Counted from the first letter of the stretch, positions 53,509-64,000 are shown. The stretch: DNA of 64,000 nucleotides from an uncultured Chloroflexia bacterium (GCA_963765765.1 CAVXYC010000001.1:320001-384000), one strand, 5' to 3'. Translations and numbers: made by a program. The notes: generated by a model not told the origin, from the sequence alone.

Positions 53509-55246
53509 TCACCGTTCGCCAATACTCCGGTATCCAAACGCCCTTACCACCAGCGCCAGCCCGAGACTGACGAACAGCAGCATGGTCGCCATGACCGAAG
53601 CGACCTCGTACTTACCCTGGGCGATGTATTCGAGCTGCATGATCGAGAGCGGCCTGATGGACGCGTTCGATAGGAGCGCTACCTGGGCAACGTTGCGAGC
53701 CGCGGCGATGAAGCTGATCACGGTAATGACCACCAGGCTCGGACTGATGAGTGGGAGCAGAATCTGGCGATAGGTGCGCCACCAATCGGCCCCGCTCAGC
53801 CAGGAGGCTTCCTCTAGCTCCTTGCTCATCTGCATCAGGTTGCTCTTCATCACCTGCACGGCCAGCGGCATGCCCGGCCACTAGCAGGACCAGGATGAGC
53901 GAGACCATAGATCCGTAGATCGGTCGGAACGGCGGCTGAAGCAGCATAGTCAGCATGCCGAAGCTGAGCAGAATGCCCGGCACGGTCACGGGTAGCCAGG
54001 TGAGAAAGTCCAGCGAGCCGCGTCCATAGAAGCGGGTTCGAATAATCACGTAGGCAATGAGCGGCATCACCAGCAGGCTGACGACAGCGGTGCCCGCGGC
54101 GAGCACACCTGTGTTCTGGATGGCTCGGACCAACAGCCGATCGTTGAACGCGGTGATCCAGTGCTTGAGCGTCCAGGGATCATCGATGAAGAAACCGAAC
54201 AGCTTCATGAACGTGCCCATTACTGAAAAGACGATTGGTACGCCGATGATGAGCAGCGCGGTGACCGTGACAAAAGAGAAGGCGAGCCAGCGGGCGCGCG
54301 AGCCCAGTTGGGTGACCTGACCCTGGAATTGGCCGGTGACCGTCGTGAATTGGCGCTTATGGAGGTACGTGCGCTGGAGAAGGATGAGCCCCAGCGCCGC
54401 CAGCAGCATGAACGTGCCCGTGGCTGAGACGGCCGCGTACCGAGGATTCGTCTGGTAGAGCTGGTCGTACATCCAGGTGCTAAAGACGAAGATCCCGGCC
54501 GGTGTGCCGAGAATCTGCTCCACCTCGAAGGCCTCGAGCGATCGAACGACCGAGAGGATCTGGACGGCGAGGATCGCCGGCAGCATGAGCGGCACGAAGA
54601 CGCGCGCCATGGTGCCCAAGGTGCTGGCGCCGGCCACCAATGAGGCCTCCTCGTACGCCGAGTTCATGTTTCGGAAGATCGGTGTGAGAATCATCACCTT
54701 GAGGGCGATGCTGCTACCCACCAGATGCACCCAGACGATGCCCCAGAACGAATAGATGTTCAACGGGCCGATGCCCAGGTCAGTCAAACCGACGCGCGCC
54801 AGAAGCTGATTGAACAATCCGAACTTGGGGTCAAGAATCAGGATCCAGCTCAGCGTCACCGTAAGACTGGGAAGGAAGAACGCCAGCCAGAAGACAAACT
54901 CAAAGACGTTTCTGCCGGGCAGATCGGTGCGAGCCAGTAACCAGGCGATGAACACGGCGATGACCAGAGCCAGGAGCTGACGAGCCACCGTGAGGGTGAT
55001 CGTGTTGTAAAGGGCTGTCTGAAGGGCGCGTTCTCCGAACACAGCCCGCCAGCCATCGATCGACCATGCGCCCGCTTGCCCCGGCATGGCCGTACGGAAG
55101 CTCTGCACGACCATCTGCACGATAGGGAAGAGGACGAGCACTGCCACAATCGCAAGCAGGGCGGTGAGCCCCAGCGTTTCCCGAGAAGGGAGCCGTCGTG
55201 CTGGAGCCGGCACACGAGCGCGCGGAGCGGCGACTTCTGCTGACAT
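53509..55246 (-). CDS. Fe3+-type ABC transporter double permease (frameshift ~53875)
   Basis: RTDLPGR, two EAA loops (YEEASLVAGA, LEEASWLSGA), many TM helices. Confidence 0.92.
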
Positions 55247-55302
55247 CGATCAACTCCTGAGGGGCTCAGGCTACTGGATCGAGGGTGTTCGACTGAGTTC
55301 AG

Positions 55303-55401
55303 CGTAGTGGCGTCCCCTTGCCGGCGCCACCTGGGTCGCAACTGCCGGCGATTGCCGTCAGATGCCATTTCAGGTGGCGCCGGCAAGGGGACGCCACTAC
55401 G
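55303..55401. repeat. GTAG-type REP inverted repeat
   Basis: CGTAGTGGCGTCCCCTTGCCGGCGCCACCTG and its reverse complement. Confidence 0.88.
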
Positions 55402-55420
55402 TCTGGATCTGCGTTAGCGC

Positions 55421-56452
55421 TTACGCCGCTACTGGAACCTTCAGCCCGTAGAGCTTGCACACGTTTTCGCGCACTAGCTTGGCACGGTCCGCTTCCGGCA
55501 GATGGCCGAGATCGCGCTCGATGACCTTCAGCGAGTTCGGCCACGTGGAGTTGGGGTGTGGGTAGTCGTTGGACCACATGCAGTTGTCCACGCCCCACCA
55601 CGCCAGGTTGTGCCCGCCGGTGGCGTCATTGAAGAAGGTGGCGAACACTTGCTCACGCACGTACTCGCTGGGCAGTCGCTCGATGGGTGGTGGGTTCACG
55701 GGATAGAAGCGCTTGTAGTAGTAGTCCCACTGCTGGATGAGGAACGGTAGCCAGCCGATCTCGTTTTCCACGATGACTAGCTTGAGTCCCGGGTGCTTGT
55801 CCAGGATGCCGTAAAAGACGAAATCAAACAGCGCATTTGCCGCGTCGAGCAGCTTGAGGTTGACGCTCCCGCGGTAGGTCTCCACGCCCTGGCGCGTACC
55901 GGTGCTGTGGTAACTGTGGCCCGTCAGGATATGCAGGCTGATGGGCATGTCCAGGTCCTGGGAGGCTGCCCAGAAGCGGTTGTAATGATCGGACGTAAAG
56001 GGGAGATCCGGGTGCGGCGCTTGCCAGATAATGGAGCCTTTCAGCCCAGCCTTGGCACAGCGCTCGAGCTCGGCGACGCCGTGATCAACGTCGTACATGG
56101 AGATCGCCGGAATGCCCACAAGTCGATCGGTCATGCCCTGGCAGTACTCGATGAGCCAGTCGTTGTAGACGCGGAAGCACGCTTCCTGAAGTCGCGCGTC
56201 CTGCAGCGCGAACAATGGCAAACCGAGCGTGGGATAGAGGACCTCGGCGCTCACGCCATCGGTTGCCATCTCTTTCGCTCGTTCCCTGGGGTCCCACCCA
56301 CCCGGCTGTGCTTGAAACCCCTCGCCAACCTTCCTGGGCGGATAGGTCGGCGCCACGTCGGCAAACTCTCGGGGCAGGCGCTCGACCCAGAGATTCGGGT
56401 CCTCCATCACATGGGAGTCCGCTGAGATGATCACTCCGGTGTTCGCAGCCAT
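55421..56452 (-). CDS. amidohydrolase_2 family protein
   Basis: ISADSH, EVLYPT, YNDWL, SLH, WSNDYPH. Confidence 0.92.
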   Translation of the reverse strand: MAANTGVIISADSHVMEDPNLWVERLPREFADVAPTYPPRKVGEGFQAQPGGWDPRERAKEMATDGVSAEVLYPTLGLPLFALQDARLQEACFRVYNDWLIEYCQGMTDRLVGIPAISMYDVDHGVAELERCAKAGLKGSIIWQAPHPDLPFTSDHYNRFWAASQDLDMPISLHILTGHSYHSTGTRQGVETYRGSVNLKLLDAANALFDFVFYGILDKHPGLKLVIVENEIGWLPFLIQQWDYYYKRFYPVNPPPIERLPSEYVREQVFATFFNDATGGHNLAWWGVDNCMWSNDYPHPNSTWPNSLKVIERDLGHLPEADRAKLVRENVCKLYGLKVPVAA

Positions 56453-56554
56453 TTGGGAAACCTCCGTGCTTCAATCGATCGCAGAAATGGACATGAGCTT
56501 GGCTTACGTGCTCGGGTTGATGCGCCGGGAGATCTGTGAACTAGCTAGGCAAGG

Positions 56555-56583
56555 ATCATAGGCGGGTTGCGGAAAGCCGTCAA
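56555..56583 (-). promoter_or_regulatory. sigma70-type promoter for amidohydrolase
   Basis: TTGACG-N17-TATGAT on the minus strand. Confidence 0.65.
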
Positions 56584-56608
56584 CGGATTGAGAGGGTGCG
56601 CGAAGCGC

Positions 56609-56707
56609 TTTGGACTGCGGCGGTTTCGCCGCTTCCCTCCGAGCCGAGCGATGCGGAGGGCGGCTTGCAGCCTCGCGAGAAGGCGGCGAAGACCGCGGCA
56701 GTCTAAA
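56609..56707. repeat. degenerate REP-like repeat
   Basis: TTTGGACTGCGGCGG ... CCGCGGCAGTCTAAA. Confidence 0.6.
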
Positions 56708-56794
56708 TGACTAGGCACAGATCCCTTCGGCAGTGCTCACAAATTAGTGTGACCAGACTCGCGCCCACTCGGCGTTGGTACATCGATTCGACAA

Positions 56795-56823
56795 TTGACG
56801 CTCCTTCCTAACTGGCGTACTCT
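56795..56823 (+). promoter_or_regulatory. sigma70-type promoter
   Basis: TTGACG-N17-TACTCT. Confidence 0.6.
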
Positions 56824-56898
56824 CTTGCGCAGTCGTCTCTCTGCTAGTGCAGCCTGGTGTGATCACACCCGTAGTGTGTATCGCGAAGGAGGTCCACA

Positions 56899-58096
56899 GT
56901 GATCGGCAGCTCACGTGTGCGCATCAGCATTCCGCTGGTTTCTCTGATGGTGATGACCGCGTGTGGACCCGCGAGTCCCGCGGTCTCACCGACCGCGCCA
57001 CCCGAAAAGCCAGCAGCGGCAGTCGCAACCGCCGTTCCGGCCAGCAGCTAAGGCTGCTGCCGAGCCAACCGCTCCGGCCCCAGCTCAGCCAACAGCGGCG
57101 CCCACTGAAGACCCTGCGCTCGTGTCGCTCTGGAGAGGTAAGACGATCACGATGATCGTCGGTGATGCCGCCGGCGGGGGAACGGACACAACAGGTCGAA
57201 TCGTCTCGCGCCATCTATCTCGATATCTGCCAGGTCAGCCTCAAATCATCGTCCAAAATATGCCCGGAGCGGGTCATCGGGTGGCTACTAACTTCGTCTA
57301 TCAGGCGAAAGCCGATGGACTCACGATTGGTCTGGTGGACCGTGGCGTTCCCTCATATCAGCTTCGCGGTGAAGGCGCTGATCAGGGAGTGCGATACGAC
57401 TCAACTGCCATTACCTGGCTCGGCAGTCCAACCGTCGTGACGCAGGCACTACTCGTGCACCAACGCGCCGGCATTACCGCGAAGGATCTCAAACCGCTGG
57501 AACAGAAAACGATAACGATTGGCCAGACCGACGTTGGCGGGGCTTCGCACGCGCCACAACTCGTCTTGAACAACGTGCTTGGCTGGAAGACCAAGGCGAT
57601 CTTTGGCTACGAGGGCAGTACCGGACGACTCTTAGGGATCGATCGCGGCGAGGTCGATGGCATTCTGACCGTCTGGGACTCGCTCCGTCGGCAGAAGGGC
57701 GACGAAATTCGTAGCGGTGTTCTACTTCCGCTGGTACACATTGGTCAGAGGGTGCCGGACCCGCTGCTCGCTGGCGTCCCAACAGCCGATGAGCTCTTTG
57801 CGGAGAAGAGCGTCGCCGACAAGCAGCTTCTCGCCCTCACCCAGCGCCCGTACGATTGGGGGCGCCCGGTTATTGCCCCTCCCGGTCTGCCCCAGAATAC
57901 AGCTACTGCGCTCCGAAACGGCATGACCGCCATGATGGCTGACTCGCAATTTCTTGCCGAGGCGAAGCAGATCGACCTGGACGTCATTCCGGTCACAGGC
58001 GAACGAATCCAAGCGCTGATCGAGGAATACATGAGCACGCCTCGAGCAGTGATCGAGAGACTTGACGAGCTGATTCAGGCGGACACGCCGTCCTGA
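56899..58096 (+). CDS. Bug/TctC-type binding lipoprotein (frameshift ~57040)
   Basis: RBS + MTAC lipobox; GKTITMIVGDAAGGGTD, NMPGAG, GRPVIAPPG. Confidence 0.9.
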
Positions 58097-58135
58097 ATCA
58101 AACTAATTTCACGGTCCGATTTGGGCCGAGGTGCT

Positions 58136-59128
58136 CTAACCCCGAGTGAACTTCTGAATATCGTGCGTCCCCTCCGGCACCAGACCGGAGCGGCCGCCCA
58201 TGGTGTGGGTGACCTCGGCGACGTAGACGTTGCCCTTTGAGTCCACGGTGATGCCGTGCGGCGCCACGAAGTTGCCTTGCGCGGCCATGTCCTCACCGCC
58301 CCAGCGTGCCTGGACGCGACCATTGAGGTCGTACACGCTGACGCGCCCGGGCCTGGGCTCGGAGATAGTCCCACGGGTGTACGAACGCCAGCCGGCGTCG
58401 TTGCGCAGCTCGGCCACGTAGACGAAGCCGGAGGGATCAATGAATAGCGCGCATGGTCGCTGCACATCCGTCCACTCTTCCATGAACTCGCCGTCCGGGG
58501 TGAAGACCTGGATGCGCTCGTTCTCTCGGTCCGCCACCAGCACGCGGCTCTCGCGGTCGATCCAGATACCGTGCGGCAGATAGAACTGGCCAGGACCAGT
58601 GCCCGGCTCTCCCCACGATTGGATCAGCTCGCCATCGGCCGTAAACCGATGCACACGACAGTTCCCGTAGCCGTCTGAGACGTACAGCTCGCCGTTAGGC
58701 GCAATAGCCAGATTGGTGCAGGTGTTGAACGGCCCGGCGGCGCGCACCACAGTGTCGAGGTTGCTGCCATCGTAGCCCGTGTCAGACGGGACGCCCTCAT
58801 TCCCCATGACTGCAAGCAGTTTCCCGTCCAGCGTGAACTTGCGGATCACGTGATCGCCATTGCTGGTGCAGTAAACCATGTCGTCCGGGCCGATGGTGAT
58901 GCCGTGCGTTCGGGCGGTGAGAATATCTTCACCCCAGCTCGTCACGAAGGTGCCGTCTGGCTCGTAGACCATCACGTGGTTGTCAAAGCGCGTGAAGATG
59001 TACACGCGATCGTTCGAGTCGACGCTGACCCCTGCTACGTCCAGGTGCATCAGACCGTCTGGGCGCTTCTCCCAGTCGGGCACGACGTGAAACGCGAGTG
59101 CATTCTCGGTGGAGCTAGTCTGAGTCAT
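58136..59128 (-). CDS. NHL-repeat protein, peptidyl-alpha-hydroxyglycine amidating lyase-like
   Basis: VSDGYGNCRVH, GQFYLPHGI, VADRENERIQ, PHGITVDSKGNVYVAEV. Confidence 0.9.
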   Translation of the reverse strand: MTQTSSTENALAFHVVPDWEKRPDGLMHLDVAGVSVDSNDRVYIFTRFDNHVMVYEPDGTFVTSWGEDILTARTHGITIGPDDMVYCTSNGDHVIRKFTLDGKLLAVMGNEGVPSDTGYDGSNLDTVVRAAGPFNTCTNLAIAPNGELYVSDGYGNCRVHRFTADGELIQSWGEPGTGPGQFYLPHGIWIDRESRVLVADRENERIQVFTPDGEFMEEWTDVQRPCALFIDPSGFVYVAELRNDAGWRSYTRGTISEPRPGRVSVYDLNGRVQARWGGEDMAAQGNFVAPHGITVDSKGNVYVAEVTHTMGGRSGLVPEGTHDIQKFTRG

Positions 59129-59299
59129 CCTGATCTCCTTCACAGGTTGGACAGCATAGCAGTCGCAGGGGTCAGAGGTTAGAGATCACGGGCTAGAAGT
59201 TAGGTCAGTCTGCCAAGTCTTCTATCTGGGACGCTAGGCCCTGGCCCCTACTGGTATTCCCGGAACGCGCTATGATCGGCTCCGATAAGGGGGAGAGCC

Positions 59300-60530
59300 A
59301 TGGTCGTTGTAGCTGAGCCCGCTGCCTCGAAAGTGCGCACACGCCTGATGAAGGTGGGTGTCGCGGGATTGGGAGCCGGCGCTATTCAAGTGGTCGCGGC
59401 GATGGAAGACGCGCCATATGTGGACCTCGTGGCCGCCGCGGACGTTCGCCCGAAAGCGCTCGAGGCGTTCGCCCAGCGCTATGGCGGGCGGGGGTACGGC
59501 TCGGTTGAAGAGCTGGCCAAAGACCCGGACGTGGAGTGCATCTGGATCTCCACGCCGAATCAGCTCCACTGCGAGCACGCGCTCACGGCTGCCCGCAACG
59601 GCAAGCACATCGTGGTGGAAAAGCCGATGGCCGTCACCATGCAGCAAGCTGCGCAGATGGTGGAGGAAGCCGAGCGGAACAATGTGAAGCTGCTATGCGG
59701 TCATACCGCCAGCCTCATGGCCGGTTTCCGCGCGATGCGCCGCGTGATCACCTCCGGCGAGCTCGGCAAGCCCATGGCGATCAACTGCTGGTCATACGTC
59801 GACTGGCTGTTCCGACCGCGGATGGCTCCTGAGATCGACATCAGCATCGGCGGCGGGGTGCCCTATCGCCAGGGACCGCACCAGTTCGACGTGGTACGGC
59901 TAATGGGCGGCGGCATGGTGAAAAGCGTACGCGGCGCCGTGCGCGACTGGATGCCGTTCCGTGGCAATACGCCTGGTTACTACACCGCGTTTCTGGAGTT
60001 TGAGGACGGCCTGCCGGCCACCGTGGTGAAGAATGCCTACGGCTACTTCCACACCACGGAGCTTGTACCCTGGGCGGGCCCCACGGAAATCCCGGAAGCC
60101 AATCGCCTACTGCGCAAGGCGTTACGCGCTGGTGAGAAGGTGGACGAGAGCGAGCGCAAAGAAGCGATACGTTTCGGCAGCGGCCGCGAGGCACGCGATA
60201 TTCAGAATCGCGATCGGCCGGTGCGCACGGGCTTCCAGCAGGACGCTGGGCTGGTGATCGTGAGTTGTGAGAAGGGCGACATCCGCCAGTCAGCCAACGG
60301 ACTGACGATCTACGACGATGAGGGACATCACGACGTCCCGGTCGACCGGCGTACACGATGAGCGCATGGCCGAGCTGGACGAGATGTACGACGCCGTCGC
60401 CGAAAACCGCCCCGTGCACCACGACGGTCGCTGGGGCATGGGGACGCTCGAGATCATCCTGGCGATGATGGAGTCATCACGCGACGGGAAGGAGATACGG
60501 CTGAGCAATCAGTGCCCCGCGTGGGAATGA
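59300..60530 (+). CDS. Gfo/Idh/MocA oxidoreductase, phthalate cis-dihydrodiol dehydrogenase-like (frameshift ~60350)
   Basis: GVAGLG, VEKPMA, DWLFRPR..E, GGGVPYRQGPHQ, HDGRWGMGTLE. Confidence 0.88.
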
Positions 60531-60571
60531 GTCGGCTAATGGACTCTGTGTGAGTTGGAACAGGCGAAAAT

Positions 60572-60678
60572 ACGACCCCACCCCAGCCCTCCCCGCTGCG
60601 GCAGGGAGGGAGCGTGTTTAGGAAAACGAGAATCCGGCTCCCTCCCTGCCGCAGCGGGGAGGGCTGGGGTGGGGTCGT
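60572..60678. repeat. CCCCACCCCAGCCCTCCCC-type REP pair
   Basis: ACGACCCCACCCCAGCCCTCCCCGCTGCGGCAGGGAGGGAGC and its reverse complement. Confidence 0.9.
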
Positions 60679-60695
60679 TCCTTAAGCCGAACCGA

Positions 60696-60959
60696 TCAGC
60701 CAGTCTGCCCGGGCGAGCGCATGCGGAATTTTCCATCCCGCACCATTCGCTCCAGCTCCTGGACCAGCATCTCAACGGCCTGATTGTCGGACTGTGTGAG
60801 CTGTTGCCAGATCTGGCCGTCCGCACCGCTCTGAGAATACTTGCGATAGGCTTCCAGGCCCTCCAGTTTCGATTGGAGCGCTGTCAGTACGTTGTACGCC
60901 TCGTTACTGATTGGTGAGCCTATCGTTCCGCTTCCCTGCGCACCCTGTGTCATTGTCAT
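60696..60959 (-). CDS. small helical hypothetical protein (ferritin-like pattern)
   Basis: RBS AGGAG; YNVLTALQSKLEGLEAYRKY. Confidence 0.75.
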   Translation of the reverse strand: MTMTQGAQGSGTIGSPISNEAYNVLTALQSKLEGLEAYRKYSQSGADGQIWQQLTQSDNQAVEMLVQELERMVRDGKFRMRSPGQTG

Positions 60960-61121
60960 GTGATCAACTCCTGAAATCTTGTATCGGCAATAAGCGCGAA
61001 TTGCAGCGTGCGTGCCTTGACCCTTTGGTCCGGCCCGCGCCGTGCGTTAACTCGCGGCAACGCAGCGCTACGATCCGGCTACGGGCGGACAATACCGGCT
61101 CAGCGCGGGGAGGACACGACG

Positions 61122-61430
61122 ATGTACGTGACTATCCGGCAGTACGAGGGCGTGGACGTTGAAGCGGTCAAGCGCATGGCTCAGGACCGCCCAGACAATG
61201 AAGGCATGGCCGCGATTGCCAGCGAATTCCCAGGGTTTATTGCTTACTTCCTGGTGGACACAGAGGATGGCGGGCTATTGGCCATAAGTGCCTACCTGGG
61301 CCAAGCCGAGGCGGAAGCCTCCACCGACACGGCGATCCAGTACGTCCGCGAGAACCTGGGTACCCTGGTGCCCAATCCTCCGAAGCTTCTGGCCGGTGAG
61401 GTGATCGCCCACAGCATCCGACCTGAGTAG
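61122..61430 (+). CDS. ABM-like dimeric alpha/beta-barrel protein
   Basis: RBS GGAGG; MYVTIRQY, PGFIAYF, GEV. Confidence 0.75.
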   Translation: MYVTIRQYEGVDVEAVKRMAQDRPDNEGMAAIASEFPGFIAYFLVDTEDGGLLAISAYLGQAEAEASTDTAIQYVRENLGTLVPNPPKLLAGEVIAHSIRPE

Positions 61431-61457
61431 CTTCGAGGCTTCCTCGGCTATTTTTTA

Positions 61458-61564
61458 CCGAACGCCTTGTCATCCTGAGCGTCTAGCGAAGGATCTATCC
61501 CACCGGCTTCAGAGGCCGTGGGGATAGATCCTTCGCTAGACGCTCAGGATGACAAGGCGTTCGG
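61458..61564. repeat. GTCATCCTGAG-type palindromic repeat
   Basis: >40-bp perfect arms; same family as 53368..53456. Confidence 0.9.
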
Positions 61565-61596
61565 GTGGCGCGCTCTACAACGCTCGAATCGAGTGT

Positions 61597-62698
61597 CTAT
61601 CGCCCCATCCGTGACTCCACACCGTCCCGGGCGCATTCTTGCTCGTAGAGCGCCAGGACCCGCGGATCTTCGTCCTCATACTCGATCTGGTTTCCGCCGT
61701 CGTTCGTCGACTTGTCCATGTTTTCGTAGCCTCGCTTTGCGGCGTTGGATACGAAGTATCGCGGGCCGCCCCAGTTCGGGCTGCCCAGGGCGAGGTATCG
61801 GCTGGGCACATCGGCTGTGTTGAAGTGCTGGTGGAATGTGGGGCCATCGGGCGGGGCGTAGAGCGTTCCGGGTTTCCAGTCCACTCGCACGGTATTCACC
61901 GGGTCCTCGTCGTCCTTCCATAAGAGGCTGTATCCGTGACCCGTGACGCAGAAGATGTGCGCGCCGGCGTTGTGGCGGTGCGCCTTCTTGTACGTGCCCA
62001 CGCCGAACTCTGAGATGTGCGCGTGAAGCGTGCTGTCCGCTAGCGTGAAGTTGACGGTGCGGGCATTGACTCCACGGGCCTTCCACTCCGGAAGCTGGAA
62101 ACTGGTCAAATCGGCGACGAAGTTCGTCTCCCACATGTCCCGGCCAGGCTTGACCGCGCGGAATTCACCCTCGCCGCGATAGTAGCGCTCTTCTCCAACG
62201 CGATCTCCGAAGCCGTAGGGGTTGTCGAACACGAAGCCTTCGTTATGGAAGAGATTCAGGATGATTGGAAGGTTGGTAAGCGCGGCGAATCGGGCCGGCT
62301 CAGATCCGGACCCATTGTGATGCTGATGCTGCGCGTTGATTGGGACCCCGAAGAGACTGCCCGGTCCCCATTCAAAGCTATGCGTTGAGCCGTCCGCGCC
62401 TTCCACCGTGGTTGCGCCCGCTACCGGCCAGGACGTAGATGACTTTGTCATAGAGATGACGCTCCGGCTTGAGCGAACCGCCGGCCGGAATCTCGGCCAG
62501 GTAGAGATTCATCGTGTCGCCCCGACCCACCAGGTGAACAAGCGCACCGAGGCCGCCAAGGCGCTCCCAGGGCTCGAGTGGCTCTGTGAGGCAATCCACC
62601 GAATATGAGTCGATGATCGGAATGCCTTCTCGTTGAGCCCAGTTCATATAGGAGTCGATCTGGTAGTAGGGATTGTTCTGCCAGTTGTCGTTGGTCAT
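61597..62698 (-). CDS. bicupin protein (frameshift ~62430)
   Basis: EIPAGG..PERHLY, FEWGPGSLF, YKKAHRH, FHQHFN, QIEYEDED. Confidence 0.88.
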
Positions 62699-63100
62699 GC
62701 TCTATTCCTCAGAACTTCCCCGTGACTGTAGCCGAGGCAGGCTAATCCAGAAGCCGCGGTTTCATAGTGTGTCCGGCCCGCATCTGAAGGAAATCGTGAT
62801 CGGCGGTCAGCAGGGCCTCCTGGCCATCAGCCAGGCCGGGAGCCGTTACACAGCTGCTCTGACGCTCGTGGTTGAGGTATCAGGAAGACCTCTGCGGTCG
62901 TTCCCATTAGCCAGAGCCAGGCCGCGCCTCCTCGCGGCGCGGCTTCGATCCCCTCCTGCCCGAACAGACCCCAACTCGCAAAAAAAGCGGACCAAAACGT
63001 GCGTACGGCTGGACACCCGGACACCTGATCATTAGATCTCGTGTTCGTGAAATCGAGAGCCCGGGGACGCCACGCCCCTGAGCGAAAGGAGATCGCTACG

Positions 63101-63450
63101 ATGACGCACCGATTCCGAGGAGCGGACCAATAAGGGTGGCGAGCGCGGTGCTTGCATTGATGGGGTCGATCATCGGTGCAGGTAGCCGCGAGGCTCGGGC
63201 GCAGGGCGGCTGCCCCGATATCATCATCGAAATCTTTGGTGAGCGTGCGCCGCAAGCGTGTCGGGTTGCTCTCTGTGAGAGTAGCTGGCGCTCCTGGGCC
63301 ATTTCACCTAACGGCCAGAACGTTGGCTACTTTCAGATCAATCGTGGCTGGGGCGCCTACGCCAGCACCGATCCCGAAACCAACGTTCGATTCGCATACC
63401 AGCTCAGCCGCGGCGGCTGGGACTGGTCACATTGGAGCTGTAAGCCGTAG
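63101..63450 (+). CDS. small secreted lytic transglycosylase/lysozyme-like protein (N-terminal frameshift)
   Basis: Signal peptide; CES (catalytic Glu), GYFQIN, DPETNV, WSHWSC. Confidence 0.8.
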
Positions 63451-63839
63451 CGGACGAAGCTCGACGCTAAGCCGCCGAATCGCCGCTACGGTGATTCCCG
63501 ATAGCGGTCCAGCATCTTCTCCGCGGGTGGGGCGTCACCCGTGGAGAAGATAGCCACCATCCAGGACTCCGTTCCCCTGTCAGGCGGTTTCTGCTTCCCT
63601 CGCCAGGGATCAGAGATTGACGAGACGTAGCGGGAGGACACAAAGAACGATGGGGCACGGCGATTCTTTCGGACCATGAAGTGGGCCCGGTTTGACATCG
63701 CCGTCGCACCGCTTCCCCACCAAATCCACCGACCGTAACCTATCGATTACGCGTGAGCGAGGCCGCCACGTGACGCCAGAACGCCCGGAGCTATCGATGT
63801 CGACGACGGCCCCGGCCGCACTGCCAGATCTCGACGCGG

Positions 63840-64000
63840 CTATTCCCCGCTCTGGCTGATGGTAGGGCCTACCTCGCCAGTGCACCACGGGATATAGCCC
63901 TTCATGCGGCAGGTTGCACCGTGCTTGGCGAGATCTGACTCGAAGAGCTCATGGACCTTGCGCTCCTCGTCCTCGTACTCGATCTGATTGCCGCCCAGCT
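63840..64000 (-). CDS. C-terminus of a second bicupin paralog (partial)
   Basis: Minus strand reads LGGNQIEYEDEERKVHELFESDLAKHGATCRM, matching the end of 61597..62698. Confidence 0.8.
   Translation of the reverse strand, partial: LGGNQIEYEDEERKVHELFESDLAKHGATCRMKGYIPWCTGEVGPTISQSGE

Noticed and set aside
62700-63100. c-di-AMP (ydaO) riboswitch upstream of the cell-wall enzyme
   Set aside because: The conserved GCUGAAUCC, GGGGUGAA and GUCAGCUAAC blocks were not found.
63450-63840. Possible decayed gene on the minus strand
   Set aside because: The reading frames give no recognisable motif.

Overview
A high-GC bacterial window. The Pro/Ala-linker lipoprotein binding proteins, paralogous Rieske oxygenases and repeat types suggest an uncultured Chloroflexota-like genome (inference). 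About 20 genes are split by single-base frameshifts, most likely long-read assembly errors. Main contents, left to right: a decayed IS110 whose non-coding, bridge-RNA-like end survives; a FabF/SRPBCC/FAD-oxidoreductase/methyltransferase cluster with no ACP; a degenerate DnaC/IstB-like protein; a Zn/Mn ABC operon with a Fur-family regulator; an M23 peptidase; an HTH-MEDS-PAS-PAS histidine kinase with a response regulator; GH31, NUDIX and 2H enzymes; duplicated Tat-lipoprotein binding proteins around an ISKra4-like relic; aromatic-catabolism-type genes (two Rieske oxygenases, a dihydrodiol-dehydrogenase-like and a dihydroxyphthalate-decarboxylase-like enzyme, isochorismatases, hydrolases, cupins); a subtilase facing a BsuPI-like inhibitor; a macrodomain-like/SIR2 fusion; a ChrA pair; and many REP-like palindromes. 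No rRNA, tRNA or CRISPR array was seen. All family calls come from motif recognition by eye, not database searches.
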